Positions 45,265-55,776 of a stretch of DNA of 64,000 nt are shown piece by piece. A program made the position numbers and the translations under genes. The stretch is from Treponemataceae bacterium (GTDB lineage: Bacteria > Spirochaetota > Spirochaetia > Treponematales > Treponemataceae). The number at the start of each line of letters is the position of its first letter. Positions within the stretch are counted from its first letter, which is position 1. The DNA lies in NCBI GenBank assembly GCA_024402495.1, contig JAKSTR010000002.1, forward strand, positions 16,708-80,707, in the 5' to 3' direction. The notes under the pieces were generated by a model. The model was not told the DNA's origin, ran no database searches, and worked only from the letters and a program-made list of their open reading frames with translations.

Positions 45265-48222
45265 ATGAAGAAAATTTTGGTAGTTGTTTTGCTTCTGGCG
45301 GCCCTTGCTGCCGGTGGTTTGTGGTTTTATTTTTTTGAAAAAGAACCTTTAATGTCGCTAAAATACCCGGACGAAGCCGAAGCCGTAATTACCCGGCAGA
45401 CAGCCGAAGATACCGGCAGCGAACAGACCGAAGATACCGCAGCTGCCGAAATTTTTCAAACTGAAACTTTTACTGCCAAACCAAACGCGGCAACGGCGCA
45501 CGAAAAACACTTGAACGATTCGCTTAAATTTGAAGCCTTTCCGCAGAGTATAGAAATAAATAAAAGTACCGCCGTTGTTGCAAGCGACAGCTGCCAGTTT
45601 TTTCAAATTGAATCAATAAACAGCCCGGAAGATTTAAAACTGCTGAAAGACGGCATAAAAATACCCGCCGGCACAATTTTAACTCTTACCGGCGGTGCAT
45701 TCCGCAACGTAAATGCCGCCGCCGAAGACAACGGCACATTCAGTTTTGAAAAAATAAAAAACTGGTTTTACCCGGTAGAATATGCCGGAAAAAGCGGCAT
45801 TGTATTTGCCGGCGATTTGCGCGGAATTGACGCGCCAGCCGAAGCAAACGAAATCCTTTCAATGCGCTACAGTGCGGCAAGCCCAAACAGCGCCGAAAAT
45901 GCAGAACTGACCGGCGGCTGGCAAACCGCAGGCGACCTTAAAAACTATCAGAAATTCAATCAGTTTTACCCGTTTTGCGGTACCGCGCCTTTGGACGGCG
46001 AATTGCAGAAGCTTTTACAGAAAGACAAAGCGGCAATTAAACAAATTTCTTCTATAGAATACGCAAATATTTTAAGTGCGGCGCAAAACCCGGTTCTGGA
46101 GCCGATGCTTGAGCTTTATTTGAGCCACTACAATCTGGAAACCAAAAAAACAGAAAGCGCCCTGTTTTTTACAACGGATTTGTTTGCCCGTTATGAAGAA
46201 TTGCTGTATCAAAAAGTTCTGCTGAATCTTCAGGAAAAAAACTTTTTGCCCAAAATGATGCTTTTGTGCGATGCCTTTATTGAACAGCTTAGCGGCGAAA
46301 CCGAAAACATTGCAGACAAAGCCGAATCCATTACGGAAACCGGGCACGACACCATTACAATAATTGTGCCGGACGAAATTACCCAGAAAGCGCTTCTGTA
46401 TTTTCAGACCGGCAGGGCTTTGGGCGAATGCATGAATGCAGAAAGTGCCAGCCTGCTTTTTAACCGCAAAACAAGCGACGGAACAGTGCGCCGGGCAACT
46501 GCGGACGAAGTTGAAGCTTCGCTGGACGTGATTTTGGAAAATTACCCGGACGCGGTAAAAAAAGAAGTTTTGAACATTCTGCGTGCCCAGTATACGGAAG
46601 CATCGCCGGTGTTTACTTTTGCAGACGGCACAAGCTACCGTCTTGATTATTCAGCATTTGCCGTGCCCGAAAAATACAGCACCAGTTCGGCTCTTGCGGC
46701 ATTTTACCGCATAAATACGTGGTTTTCTTCTATTAAATTCCCTGTTGCAGAAGAAAATCTTTTAAACACCCAAAACGAAATCAGCAGTTTGGGCGACGAA
46801 CACGACGAACAGAAACTGGCATTTAAAATGGCGCCGGTTGCTTTGTACATTTCAAATATGGTTTTTAACAGCCAGCCTTTAATGGAAAAATGGCAGCTGC
46901 TTTATTCGGCACAAAATGCGCTTTGCGGCAGCGGCTTGAACCTTAGTTTTGAAGAAATTGCGCAGGTTTATTCGGCAAAAAGCGAACAGTCTGCAAAAAT
47001 ATGGCTAAGCAAGCCTGCAAACATTGCAGAATTTGCCCTTAATGCCAGCCGCAAGTGCACAAGCCCGGCTTTGGATAATTTGCAGAACGATTTTAAGCTT
47101 TACGCGCCGGAACAAGTTGAAGGACAAGCTGAAAATGCTGAAGATGATGCCGATGTAAGTTATTTGTTTGCCGCAAGTTTTGCAAATACGGTTTATCCGT
47201 GCTGGTCTCTGTTTGCCGATAATTACGAGCTTGAACAGTGGTTTTACAAAACCTTGGCGCAGATTCTGCCTGCAAGCGAAAGGCAGCCGGTTCTGCGCGA
47301 AAAAGTGGAACTGCTGGCTTCTCTGGATTCTTCCTTTGGTGCAGAAATTGCGGCAAATAAAAAAGAGATTGAAGTTTTGAAAAAATGTTTTACCGCCCAG
47401 AAGGACGATTTCTGGAACAAGAATTATCACGCGCTGGCGTTAAAGCAGACAAAGGCTTTGGCAAACTTTGAACCGGGCAGCAAGTTTTATTTTACGGAAA
47501 GTTCGGTTTGGGGCAAAAAGGCGCTGCAAAGTGCGGCAGGTTTTAGTACCCAAAGCCAGCATTTGCAGCCGGAAAGCTTTTATTCTCCAAAAGTTGCAGA
47601 AAAAGCTGAAAGTTTTTCCGGCGAGTTCCGCACCAAAGATTTGCCCAAAATGGTAAGTTATCTTGAGCCGAACGTGGAATTTTTTACGGCGGCACGTCAG
47701 GCAACGGCATATTTGCGCGCAGTTTTGGGCGCAGAAGATTTTTCTTTTGGCGGCAACCAGAAAGAACTGCTGAACGCGGTTGTCAATTTTGAATCTTTGC
47801 TGGAAACCGCTCAGCGCATTGCAAAAACCGAAGTGCAGAACCAGCCTTTAGATGAAAAAGATTTGAACTGGATTGAATCTATTCCATTTGAACTGGCGGA
47901 AATATTGAAAATTTATCAGAAAGATGGCGAAGTAGTGCAGGGCGCGGAAACAATTCCGTATTTTGCGCCTGCTTTGTGCCGCCAGCTGGTACAAAATGCT
48001 GCCGCCAGCGAAACAAACCGTTTGTCAGCGCTGGGTGTTCCGGGGCGGCTGTATGTTGCCTTAAACGACGAACAGGGCGGCAAGCGCATAGCCTGCGGTT
48101 ATGCTTTTAGTTATTACGAATTTGACGAAAACAGCCGCACCGGCGATTTTGCCGCAAACTGGCATAATACGGTACAATCCGGCGGCAATCTGGAAAATTA
48201 CAAGCCCGAATGGTTAAAATAA
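45265..48222 (+). CDS. large N-terminally anchored/exported hypothetical protein
   Basis: About 985 aa. ATG 45265 (MKKILVVVLLLAALAAGGLWFY) gives a signal or anchor segment. The family is not recognised with confidence (possibly DUF3160-like). Confidence 0.7.
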   Translation: MKKILVVVLLLAALAAGGLWFYFFEKEPLMSLKYPDEAEAVITRQTAEDTGSEQTEDTAAAEIFQTETFTAKPNAATAHEKHLNDSLKFEAFPQSIEINKSTAVVASDSCQFFQIESINSPEDLKLLKDGIKIPAGTILTLTGGAFRNVNAAAEDNGTFSFEKIKNWFYPVEYAGKSGIVFAGDLRGIDAPAEANEILSMRYSAASPNSAENAELTGGWQTAGDLKNYQKFNQFYPFCGTAPLDGELQKLLQKDKAAIKQISSIEYANILSAAQNPVLEPMLELYLSHYNLETKKTESALFFTTDLFARYEELLYQKVLLNLQEKNFLPKMMLLCDAFIEQLSGETENIADKAESITETGHDTITIIVPDEITQKALLYFQTGRALGECMNAESASLLFNRKTSDGTVRRATADEVEASLDVILENYPDAVKKEVLNILRAQYTEASPVFTFADGTSYRLDYSAFAVPEKYSTSSALAAFYRINTWFSSIKFPVAEENLLNTQNEISSLGDEHDEQKLAFKMAPVALYISNMVFNSQPLMEKWQLLYSAQNALCGSGLNLSFEEIAQVYSAKSEQSAKIWLSKPANIAEFALNASRKCTSPALDNLQNDFKLYAPEQVEGQAENAEDDADVSYLFAASFANTVYPCWSLFADNYELEQWFYKTLAQILPASERQPVLREKVELLASLDSSFGAEIAANKKEIEVLKKCFTAQKDDFWNKNYHALALKQTKALANFEPGSKFYFTESSVWGKKALQSAAGFSTQSQHLQPESFYSPKVAEKAESFSGEFRTKDLPKMVSYLEPNVEFFTAARQATAYLRAVLGAEDFSFGGNQKELLNAVVNFESLLETAQRIAKTEVQNQPLDEKDLNWIESIPFELAEILKIYQKDGEVVQGAETIPYFAPALCRQLVQNAAASETNRLSALGVPGRLYVALNDEQGGKRIACGYAFSYYEFDENSRTGDFAANWHNTVQSGGNLENYKPEWLK

Positions 48223-48224
48223 GC

Positions 48225-48258
48225 AAAAAGCCGCCGGTTTTTAGACTGGCGGCTTTTT
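48225..48258. terminator. bidirectional terminator between convergent genes
   Basis: 11-bp stem AAAAAGCCGCC / GGCGGCTTTTT with a 12-nt loop. Confidence 0.75.
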
Positions 48259-48298
48259 GTTTTTCTGTATTTTATTCGTTTTTCAGGCTGTTCCGTAT

Positions 48299-50311
48299 TT
48301 ATTCAATTGAAAGTTTATTGAAAATTCTTTCTTTGGCATCTTTCCCTGAAGCAAACGGCCCCGGAATGACATCAACTCCGCGGTGATTACCCAGATAATC
48401 TGAATCAAATGTAATAGGCGTTCCGTCTGCATTTTCAAATTGCTGCTGCGGTTCAAAAGCCTTGCCTAAAGTTTCTGTTGAAATCATATCAACACTAAAA
48501 TCTTTCAATACGTCATAGATATTTGTGTCGAGGTAATAGCTGCCGTTTTTTTCTGCAACATCAACGTGAACTTTGCCTGCTTCTTCTGCAAACGAGTTTT
48601 TCTCATTTTTCCACGATTTTGCACCTTCAAAATAGGCATTCCCGTCAATCCATACAGGCAAATGCCCGAAATGATATTTGTCGTGCTTCATCATGTTCGG
48701 ATATTTTTCTTCCATGTCAAATTGAGCAAGCCATTCGTCATAAGTCGGGTATTCGTCAAAACAGTCTGTACCGACTTTTCTGTTTTCAACCTGTTTTTCA
48801 TCAGGATTTGATTCGTCAATCAATACAAAATCTTCCGAAGGCCACTTTTGAATAAAGATATTGTTGTAAATGCGGTCATCGCCATGAAGAATTGTCATAA
48901 AGCCCATAACTTCCGTGCGGTGCGGCATGTGATATGGAGTGTATCTCCATGTCGTGCCTTCGCCGACCATTGTAAACGAACCTGCACACAGATTATGAAC
49001 CATTGCAACGCCCTGTGTTGCAATGCGAAGGGAAACATCGGAAAGCAAAATGTTATTGTCAATCAGTGTCGGTCCGTGACCAACTTCTACGAAAATATCC
49101 TGACAGGTCATTCCGCCTTTAAGATACTTTGCAAAAGCCGGGCGTTCATTATCATGCAAAAGATTCTGCGTAATTCTTGTTCCCTGTGCTTCCCAGTCAC
49201 ACCATATTCCCATTGTACAGTGATGAATATGATTTCTTCTCATAACAACATCAATTGCGGCATGCATTTTGATTCCGGCTATTTCAGCACCTCCAAGTTC
49301 CATCATGTTGTTGATGTGGTGAATGTGGTTGTCTTCTATAATACTGAAAACGCCGCCCATACGCCCGATGATTCCGCCCTGTTCACAGTGATGAATGTTG
49401 TTGCGGCGGATTATATGGCTTCCGATTTTTTCCTTAAGCCAGCCATAATACTGTCCGCGGCATACGGAATCCCTTTCCATCTGGGTAGGGCTTTTTACGT
49501 GCTTTGTTGTATAAAAATTGTCGTTTTCCGGGTCAGAATAACGCCCAACACAGATGCCTGCGCATTTGCTTCCCCAAATTTCACAGTCTTCAATTATCCA
49601 GCCCTTGCTCCAGTGTGGACTAATCATTCCGTCCTGGTATGCGGCAGGCGGCGCCCATGTTGTAGCAGCTTTGTTTATGTTGAAACCGGTGACGGTGATA
49701 TATCCGACGCCTTCCTTGACCGGCATAAAACATTCGCGCCTTACATTAATCTCAACGCATTCTTTGTTAGGGTCTTTTCCGCCAAAATTAGCATAAATAA
49801 CAGTTTCATTATTCTGGCTGTCCTGTTCCGTATACCATTTTGCCCGTGAATTTTCCGGATCCCATGAACATTCATAAATCTTTGCTTCAAGACATTCTTC
49901 AATGCTTAAGGCTTCGTAAAGTGCCGTATCATTCAGCCAGACACATCCGGTATGCTTGTTTGGCGTTGCAAAATACCAGTCGCCGTATACAAGCGTTGTA
50001 TACGGATTATAATCGCCGAAAACGCTGTTTTTTATTCTTGCAACCCACACATCGTCTTTATATTTTGCCCAGCTGCGGACAACTTCTGCACCTGTAATAA
50101 CGGCGCCCAGCGGTTTTTCGCTTTTGTAAACTATCCGTTTTTCTTCAGTACCGGCATTAACAGGATTAACGTTTTCGCGATATATTCCGGGTGCTACTGA
50201 AATTTCGTCACCGGGCATTGCCACCGCCGCAGCCTCGTTAATTCTTCTGAAAGGCAACTTCTTTGTGCCGTTGCCGTCATTTTGAGCATTTACATCTACA
50301 TAAATAATCAT
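48299..50311 (-). CDS. right-handed parallel beta-helix repeat protein, probable cytoplasmic glycan-active enzyme
   Basis: 670 aa with no signal peptide. PbH1-like repeats IIRRNNIHHCEQGG, IIEDNHIHHINN and VMRRNHIHHCTMG. SD AAGGAG. Confidence 0.75.
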   Translation of the reverse strand: MIIYVDVNAQNDGNGTKKLPFRRINEAAAVAMPGDEISVAPGIYRENVNPVNAGTEEKRIVYKSEKPLGAVITGAEVVRSWAKYKDDVWVARIKNSVFGDYNPYTTLVYGDWYFATPNKHTGCVWLNDTALYEALSIEECLEAKIYECSWDPENSRAKWYTEQDSQNNETVIYANFGGKDPNKECVEINVRRECFMPVKEGVGYITVTGFNINKAATTWAPPAAYQDGMISPHWSKGWIIEDCEIWGSKCAGICVGRYSDPENDNFYTTKHVKSPTQMERDSVCRGQYYGWLKEKIGSHIIRRNNIHHCEQGGIIGRMGGVFSIIEDNHIHHINNMMELGGAEIAGIKMHAAIDVVMRRNHIHHCTMGIWCDWEAQGTRITQNLLHDNERPAFAKYLKGGMTCQDIFVEVGHGPTLIDNNILLSDVSLRIATQGVAMVHNLCAGSFTMVGEGTTWRYTPYHMPHRTEVMGFMTILHGDDRIYNNIFIQKWPSEDFVLIDESNPDEKQVENRKVGTDCFDEYPTYDEWLAQFDMEEKYPNMMKHDKYHFGHLPVWIDGNAYFEGAKSWKNEKNSFAEEAGKVHVDVAEKNGSYYLDTNIYDVLKDFSVDMISTETLGKAFEPQQQFENADGTPITFDSDYLGNHRGVDVIPGPFASGKDAKERIFNKLSIE

Positions 50312-50363
50312 AAAAACTCCTTCGTTTTACGATACATATTTTTTTGTTTTTTAGAAACAGAAA

Positions 50364-51251
50364 CTAACCTTTTACGGCGCCTGCAATCATTCCCTTAACT
50401 AATTTGTCCTGAAAGAAAATGAACAGTATTATCATCGGAAGAACTGAAAGAGTCAGAACTGCCATATTAATCGGAATGTTCAGTGCGTGTTCACCCTTGA
50501 ACTGACCGAGCGCAAGAGGAAGCGTTTTGTTTTCCGGCGAAATAAGGAAAGTGTTTGCAAAAGCAAATTCGTTCCACATTGCTACGCCGTTATAAATTGC
50601 AAGCGTTGACAATCCTGATTTTGAAAGAGGAAGAAACATCCTGAAGAAAGATTGATAGCGGTTGCATCCGTCTATTTCCGCAGATTCTTCAATTTCCTTT
50701 GGAATTGTCTTCATGAACGCCGTCAAAATGAAAATTGACATCGGCAGGGCAAACGCTACATAAGGGCCTATAAGCGACTTAAGCGAATCGTAAAAGCCAA
50801 CCGCTGTAGTAAGCTTGAATATAGGAATTAAGGTTACATGCATAGGTACTGACATCATTGCAACAATTGCGGCATAAATCAGCGCATTGAACTTGAATTT
50901 CATTCTGGAAAGCGGATAAGACGCAAAAGCTGAAACAATAAGCATGAGAGCCAGAGAAATTATTACGACGATTACGCTTCTGAAGAAAAATCCGAAAAAA
51001 CCGTGTGTAATAACTTCAACGTAGTTTTTGAAATACCACGGATCAGGAAGATGGAAAACGCCCTGCTGAAGCATGTCAAACTGCTTGCGGAAGGAATTTA
51101 TTATCATAAAAGCAAACGGCGTAAGCGTTATTACAAGCTGAAGAATTGCAAAAAGAAGCGCAATATTCCACGCGATTTTCGATTTCATTTTTGATAAACG
51201 ATATGATTCCGTTTTATCCATACTGTATGCTACATCTATTCTTTCATTCAT
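50364..51251 (-). CDS. carbohydrate ABC transporter permease (MalG-like)
   Basis: 6-TM protein with the EAA loop EIEESAEIDGCNRYQSFFRMFLPL. Confidence 0.88.
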   Translation of the reverse strand: MNERIDVAYSMDKTESYRLSKMKSKIAWNIALLFAILQLVITLTPFAFMIINSFRKQFDMLQQGVFHLPDPWYFKNYVEVITHGFFGFFFRSVIVVIISLALMLIVSAFASYPLSRMKFKFNALIYAAIVAMMSVPMHVTLIPIFKLTTAVGFYDSLKSLIGPYVAFALPMSIFILTAFMKTIPKEIEESAEIDGCNRYQSFFRMFLPLSKSGLSTLAIYNGVAMWNEFAFANTFLISPENKTLPLALGQFKGEHALNIPINMAVLTLSVLPMIILFIFFQDKLVKGMIAGAVKG

Positions 51252-51252
51252 A

Positions 51253-52164
51253 TTAATAATCCTCCTTAACTTTAAATACTTTATTAAAGAGAAGTGCTAT
51301 TGTTGTTATCAAAATGAACATGCCGGCTGCAACTGTTGAACCGTATCCCATGTTAAACTGCTGGAACGAAAGCTTGTACATATATGTTGCCATAAGTTCC
51401 GTACCGCCGGCAGGACCGCCCTGCGTCATGTTCCAGATCATGTCAAAATATTTTAAAGAGCCTATAAGCGACATTGTACAAGCCGTCTTGATGATAGGTC
51501 CAAGCATTGGCAGTGCAATATGAAACAAATACTGCGCTCTGGTTGTACCGTCTATTACGGCTGCTTCGTAAATATGCGGATCAATATTTGCATATCCTGC
51601 AATAAAATAAACCATATAAAAAGGTGTAAACTGCCATGCAATGACTACAATTATTGTAAAAAGCGCATTTGGCGAAACACCCAGAAGATCGATGTTTGTT
51701 TTTTTATCCAGAATAAAAGTTGCAATTGAAGAAATAAGCCCGCCGTTTGTGGCTAGGGCATAAACAAAAAGAAATGCTACCGCTACCGAACTCATAAGAT
51801 ATGGCAAAAACCATACGATTTTGAATATATTGTATTTTCTTCCGCCGGCATCAAGAAAAGTAGCCAGAAGTACGCCTATAGGAATTTGCAGCAAGATTGA
51901 AAATACCATCACGGTAAGGTTGTGCGAAAAAGATTTCCAGAACATTTCGTCATGAATAAGTGTATTCCAGTTTTCCAGTCCGACAAAAATCTTGGCAGAA
52001 GAAATGCCGTTCCATTTAAAACCGCTTATTACAAAAGTGTCGATGACAGGATATACGATAAAAATAGTGATTAATATCAATGCAGGCGACAGAAATACGG
52101 TTGCAGCTTTGGATATGCTGTTCGCCCTTGCCCGGGCGAGTCCCATATTTTTACTTTTTTCCAT
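51253..52164 (-). CDS. carbohydrate ABC transporter permease (MalF-like)
   Basis: EAA loop YEAAVIDGTTRAQYLFHIALPM. The stop lies 1 nt before the next start. Confidence 0.88.
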   Translation of the reverse strand: MEKSKNMGLARARANSISKAATVFLSPALILITIFIVYPVIDTFVISGFKWNGISSAKIFVGLENWNTLIHDEMFWKSFSHNLTVMVFSILLQIPIGVLLATFLDAGGRKYNIFKIVWFLPYLMSSVAVAFLFVYALATNGGLISSIATFILDKKTNIDLLGVSPNALFTIIVVIAWQFTPFYMVYFIAGYANIDPHIYEAAVIDGTTRAQYLFHIALPMLGPIIKTACTMSLIGSLKYFDMIWNMTQGGPAGGTELMATYMYKLSFQQFNMGYGSTVAAGMFILITTIALLFNKVFKVKEDY

Positions 52165-52209
52165 TTAATACCTCTTGTCTGTTAAAAAATCAAACCCTGA
52201 TACAAGGAA

Positions 52210-52241
52210 CTGCCCGCAGGATATGTTTTTCCTGCGGGCAG
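52210..52241 (-). other. intercistronic hairpin between the binding-protein and permease genes
   Basis: 12-bp perfect stem CTGCCCGCAGGA / TCCTGCGGGCAG with an 8-nt loop. No T-run follows. Confidence 0.6.
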
Positions 52242-52279
52242 CAACGTAAAAATTTTAATATATCGATTTTTTTACTTTA

Positions 52280-53689
52280 CTATTCTGCTATAGCTTTCTT
52301 CATGGCTGCATCATGCTCCTGCCCGATTTCCTTAGGAGTTTTTACAAGACCAAAAAGTTCTGTCATGCAGTTCTTGTGAACTTCTGTAACAGATGCAGGC
52401 AAATACTGATCGTACCAAAGCTGAACGTTTGAAGCATCAAAGAATGTATCAATAATTTTCTGGTTGTTCGGATCATCTATATTTGTGTTGAATCCCTTGA
52501 TTGACGGAACTGTTCCTGTATCCATCTTTTCTTTGTTGTAGGTGTCGTCATTGAAATACTGGGTTGCAAGAACGTAGCAGGCATCAAGCATTTCCTGGTT
52601 TACAGAACCGTCTTTGTTGAAACAGTTGAATGAAAAACCTGTACCAATTGCCGTACCGATTTCTACATTCTGCGGAACACCGGCAGCTTTTGCTTTTGTA
52701 TCTTCAGGGAAACGGAATACGCTGATGTTTTCGTTGTACCATTCTTCGCTATCAGCCTTAATTCCAGATACCTGCCAAGAACCGTGAAGCATCATTGCGG
52801 CAGAACCGTCATACAGAAGGGCTCTGTCCTGGTTATCATCTGCCGAAAGTGAGTTAACTCCATCCGGGAAATAGCCTTTTTTTACCCATTCCTGAATTTT
52901 TTCGCCTGCATAAATAAATGCCGGGCTTGTAAACGAACCGCCGTTTTTCTGTGTATAAGCTGCATCAAATTCTGCATTTCCAGAGTGACGGGCAACAAGG
53001 TACATATAGTACATAGAACCTGTCCATTTTGATGCGTTTGCAAGAGAAAATGGTGTAATTCCGTTTGCCTTAAGTTTGGCACAAACATTTTCAAGTTCAT
53101 CGATTGTTTCCGGTACTTTAAGACCAAGTTTTGCAAAAATCGTTTTATTATAGAAAATACTGCAACCAGAAAGTCCGCCAAAAGGAATTGCAAGCATTTT
53201 TCCGTTATAGGTTGACTGACCAACAGCTGCATCAATGAATGCCGGATGATCGTATTTTGCATACATGTCAGTAATATCGTTTACAAAACCAGAATTGTAA
53301 TATTCAGTCATAGGACCGCCGCCCCAGTGAATGTACATATTCGGTGCTTTTCCAGAACTCATTGCAACTACCAGCTGCTGCTTGTAGTTATCATTCTGCT
53401 GGTGAATCTGTTTAACTGTGATGTTCGGATAATCAGCCATAAATCTTTTTACGGCATCTTCATCCTGACTTTTTCCGGGTTCATTTGTAGAAATGTCCCA
53501 GAGAACAATTGTCAAAGGTTTTGTCGTTAATTCCGGAAGATTCTTTCCGTCTGTCTGTTTTTTTGAATTTGTGGTATTTACTGCCTTGCTTTTTGCCCCG
53601 GCAGAAGATTTCCCGCTGCAACCGCTAATCAATGAAACAGCAAAAACTGCACCAAAGATAAGTGCCAAAACTTTCATGTTCTTTTTCAT
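52280..53689 (-). CDS. extracellular sugar-binding lipoprotein of the ABC transporter
   Basis: 469 aa. Lipobox LISGC. SD GGAGGAAAA. Typical family-1 SBP size and position. Confidence 0.85.
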   Translation of the reverse strand: MKKNMKVLALIFGAVFAVSLISGCSGKSSAGAKSKAVNTTNSKKQTDGKNLPELTTKPLTIVLWDISTNEPGKSQDEDAVKRFMADYPNITVKQIHQQNDNYKQQLVVAMSSGKAPNMYIHWGGGPMTEYYNSGFVNDITDMYAKYDHPAFIDAAVGQSTYNGKMLAIPFGGLSGCSIFYNKTIFAKLGLKVPETIDELENVCAKLKANGITPFSLANASKWTGSMYYMYLVARHSGNAEFDAAYTQKNGGSFTSPAFIYAGEKIQEWVKKGYFPDGVNSLSADDNQDRALLYDGSAAMMLHGSWQVSGIKADSEEWYNENISVFRFPEDTKAKAAGVPQNVEIGTAIGTGFSFNCFNKDGSVNQEMLDACYVLATQYFNDDTYNKEKMDTGTVPSIKGFNTNIDDPNNQKIIDTFFDASNVQLWYDQYLPASVTEVHKNCMTELFGLVKTPKEIGQEHDAAMKKAIAE

Positions 53690-54097
53690 TTTTTCCTCCT
53701 GATTGAAAACATGCGGATACTTTTTACAATTCGTATTAAATATCCGAGAAAAACAATTTTCTGTTTTTTCTATACTTCTACCCTAAATGCGTTTTTTTAA
53801 TCCTGCCTTTAAAAAGTTGCTTTTTAAACATACAAAAATTGCTTTTTTATTAACAATATTTTACTCGTATTCTAGTATGTTCAGCCGTTTTTCTTCTTTT
53901 TTTTATACCTTTTTCAGTTAATTTAGGTTATTTTAAGTTATTTTAGCCGGTTTTTTGCTCAAAAACGGCTTGATTTTGAAAAAATCAGTAAAATATTAGT
54001 TATACGTAAAAGCAATTTTTAGCTTGTGACAGCAAAACATAATTGCTATTATTCGCATATCTTTTTTATGCAGGATGATTTTAAGGTCAATAGAAAT

Positions 54098-55063
54098 ATG
54101 AAAAATCAATATGCAGATTTTGAAGAAAACATTCGCCACAAAATTAACAGCAGCCTGCGCGTGTTCATAAACCGTCTTCACGCAAACTTTCCGCCGCACT
54201 GGCACACGGACATAGAAATTATCTGGGCAAAAGAAGCCCCCTACAAAGTAATCTGCGACAATCAAAGTTATTACGTTGACGAAGGCGACATTCTTCTTAT
54301 TTGTCCTGCCGTCATCCATGAAATTTTTTCCATTTCTCCCGGGGCAAAACTTTATATACAGGCTGATTTTTCCAAAATTACGGTATTAAAAGAATTGAAT
54401 AATGTGTTCCGGCAGATGGCACCTGCACTTCACGTAAAAAAAAGTACCTGCCCGCCAGAAATTTATGACCAGCTGTGTGACTGTATCAATAAAATTGCAA
54501 AATTGTATTTTGGCTATATTCCTTCCATTCATTCTGTTGACGGAAAAGGTGACGTAGAAGAAAGCTTTATAGCTTTTAAGGAATTGGATTCGTATGACAA
54601 ACTGGATATTTATTCTACGCTTATGCAGTTTATTTCTTTCTGCGGAAAAAACATGCACCTTTTTCAAAATTCAGGTTCCGTTTCTGCGGCGGGCAATCAG
54701 CAAAACAACGCTTTGCTGAATGATGTCTGTACTTTTATTGCTGAACATTTTACGGAAAACCTGTCTCTTGATAAAATTTCGCATTATGCAGGGTTCAGTA
54801 AATTTTATTTTGAAAAGATATTTACGGAATATACGGGGCGCACCTTTTATCAGTACCTTCAGCAAATACGAATAAACTACGCCCAGACGCTTTTGGCAAA
54901 TTCTGACCTTTCCATTACGGACATAGCCTATCAGTCTGGCTTTATAAGCTCTACCGCATTTACCCGCGCTTTTAAGAAAAGCACAGGCTATCCTCCGTCA
55001 GAATTCAGGATGCTGAACGAAGACCAGCATCCTATAAAAGGCTGTCCGCCCGGCACCGCTTGA
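54098..55063 (+). CDS. AraC-family transcriptional regulator (cupin + HTH)
   Basis: The C-terminal AraC HTH is ITDIAYQSGFISSTAFTRAFKKSTGYPPSEFR. ATG 54098 or 54068 could be the start (the track ORF begins at 54026). Confidence 0.85.
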   Translation: MKNQYADFEENIRHKINSSLRVFINRLHANFPPHWHTDIEIIWAKEAPYKVICDNQSYYVDEGDILLICPAVIHEIFSISPGAKLYIQADFSKITVLKELNNVFRQMAPALHVKKSTCPPEIYDQLCDCINKIAKLYFGYIPSIHSVDGKGDVEESFIAFKELDSYDKLDIYSTLMQFISFCGKNMHLFQNSGSVSAAGNQQNNALLNDVCTFIAEHFTENLSLDKISHYAGFSKFYFEKIFTEYTGRTFYQYLQQIRINYAQTLLANSDLSITDIAYQSGFISSTAFTRAFKKSTGYPPSEFRMLNEDQHPIKGCPPGTA

Positions 55064-55289
55064 TTTTATAAGTCAGAATTGAATTGATATGACAGAACCA
55101 ATTTTCCAGCCAATGGTTTTGCGCTTTTACTTTGCCGTTTTTATAAATTGCTGCGGTTGCTGAACTGTATAGAATGTTAAGCCCTGTGATATTATTTTTC
55201 AAAATGATCTTTTTTTGCTTTTTTAGCCAGTTCGAGCCGTCCCGGATTGTATTTGTTTTTGGGAAGTTTTAAATAACCGCACGTTAGAA

Positions 55290-55640
55290 TTACTTAGAAC
55301 TATGTTTCACAATCATAACCGTATAAAAACAAGAAGATGCACAACCCGTCAAAACAAAATAATAAAACGGAAACTCTATCAGTTCTTTTGCAAAACTTAC
55401 CCCAATAGTAAGAATGAAAAAAAATCCCAAGATTAAAATTATATGGTTAAGCCATTCATACGTCATTAAATAATTTAATAAGCGTTTATGGTTAAACATT
55501 AAAACCCTGTACTGAATAAATAAAATAAAGAAATATACAAATAGATTTATTAAAATATCTTCTAAGCTTTTTTTGTAAATGCAAATGAAAATTAAAAAAA
55601 ACAATGAAAATATTGTGTATAAAATTGAAATAAACTTCAT
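55290..55640 (-). CDS. small 3-4 TM membrane protein in the AT-rich islet
   Basis: 116-aa ORF with hydrophobic segments. Local G+C is about 30 percent. Confidence 0.55.
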   Translation of the reverse strand: MKFISILYTIFSLFFLIFICIYKKSLEDILINLFVYFFILFIQYRVLMFNHKRLLNYLMTYEWLNHIILILGFFFILTIGVSFAKELIEFPFYYFVLTGCASSCFYTVMIVKHSSK

Positions 55641-55776
55641 TATTCTGCCTTTGCTTTATCTTTTTGTCATCGGCTCTTCGTTTTTTGCTTCAAGCCCCAC
55701 GGGTCTCGGAATCTTACAGGACTGGTTACTACATAGAATTATCTGAAAATTTCTATCCGAATAATCAAAAAATACA

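Noticed and set aside
48848-49849. 333-aa plus-strand ORF opposite the beta-helix gene, and similar long antisense ORFs at 490-1212, 8860-9660, 13342-13947, 33200-33631 and 62333-63055
   Set aside because: All lie fully inside and antisense to well-supported genes. They have skewed low-complexity composition and lack ribosome-binding sites. I treat them as shadow ORFs.
55089-55163. 24-aa ORF MTEPIFQPMVLRFYFAVFINCCGC downstream of the AraC gene
   Set aside because: It is too short, has no SD and no supporting context. I note it only because of the CCGC ending.
55226-55245. TTCGAGCC as a tRNA T-loop fragment marking an integration site for the AT-rich islet
   Set aside because: The flanking bases cannot form a T-stem (GCCAG versus CGTCC). 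No acceptor or CCA context is present. No direct repeat of it was found at the other islet boundary.
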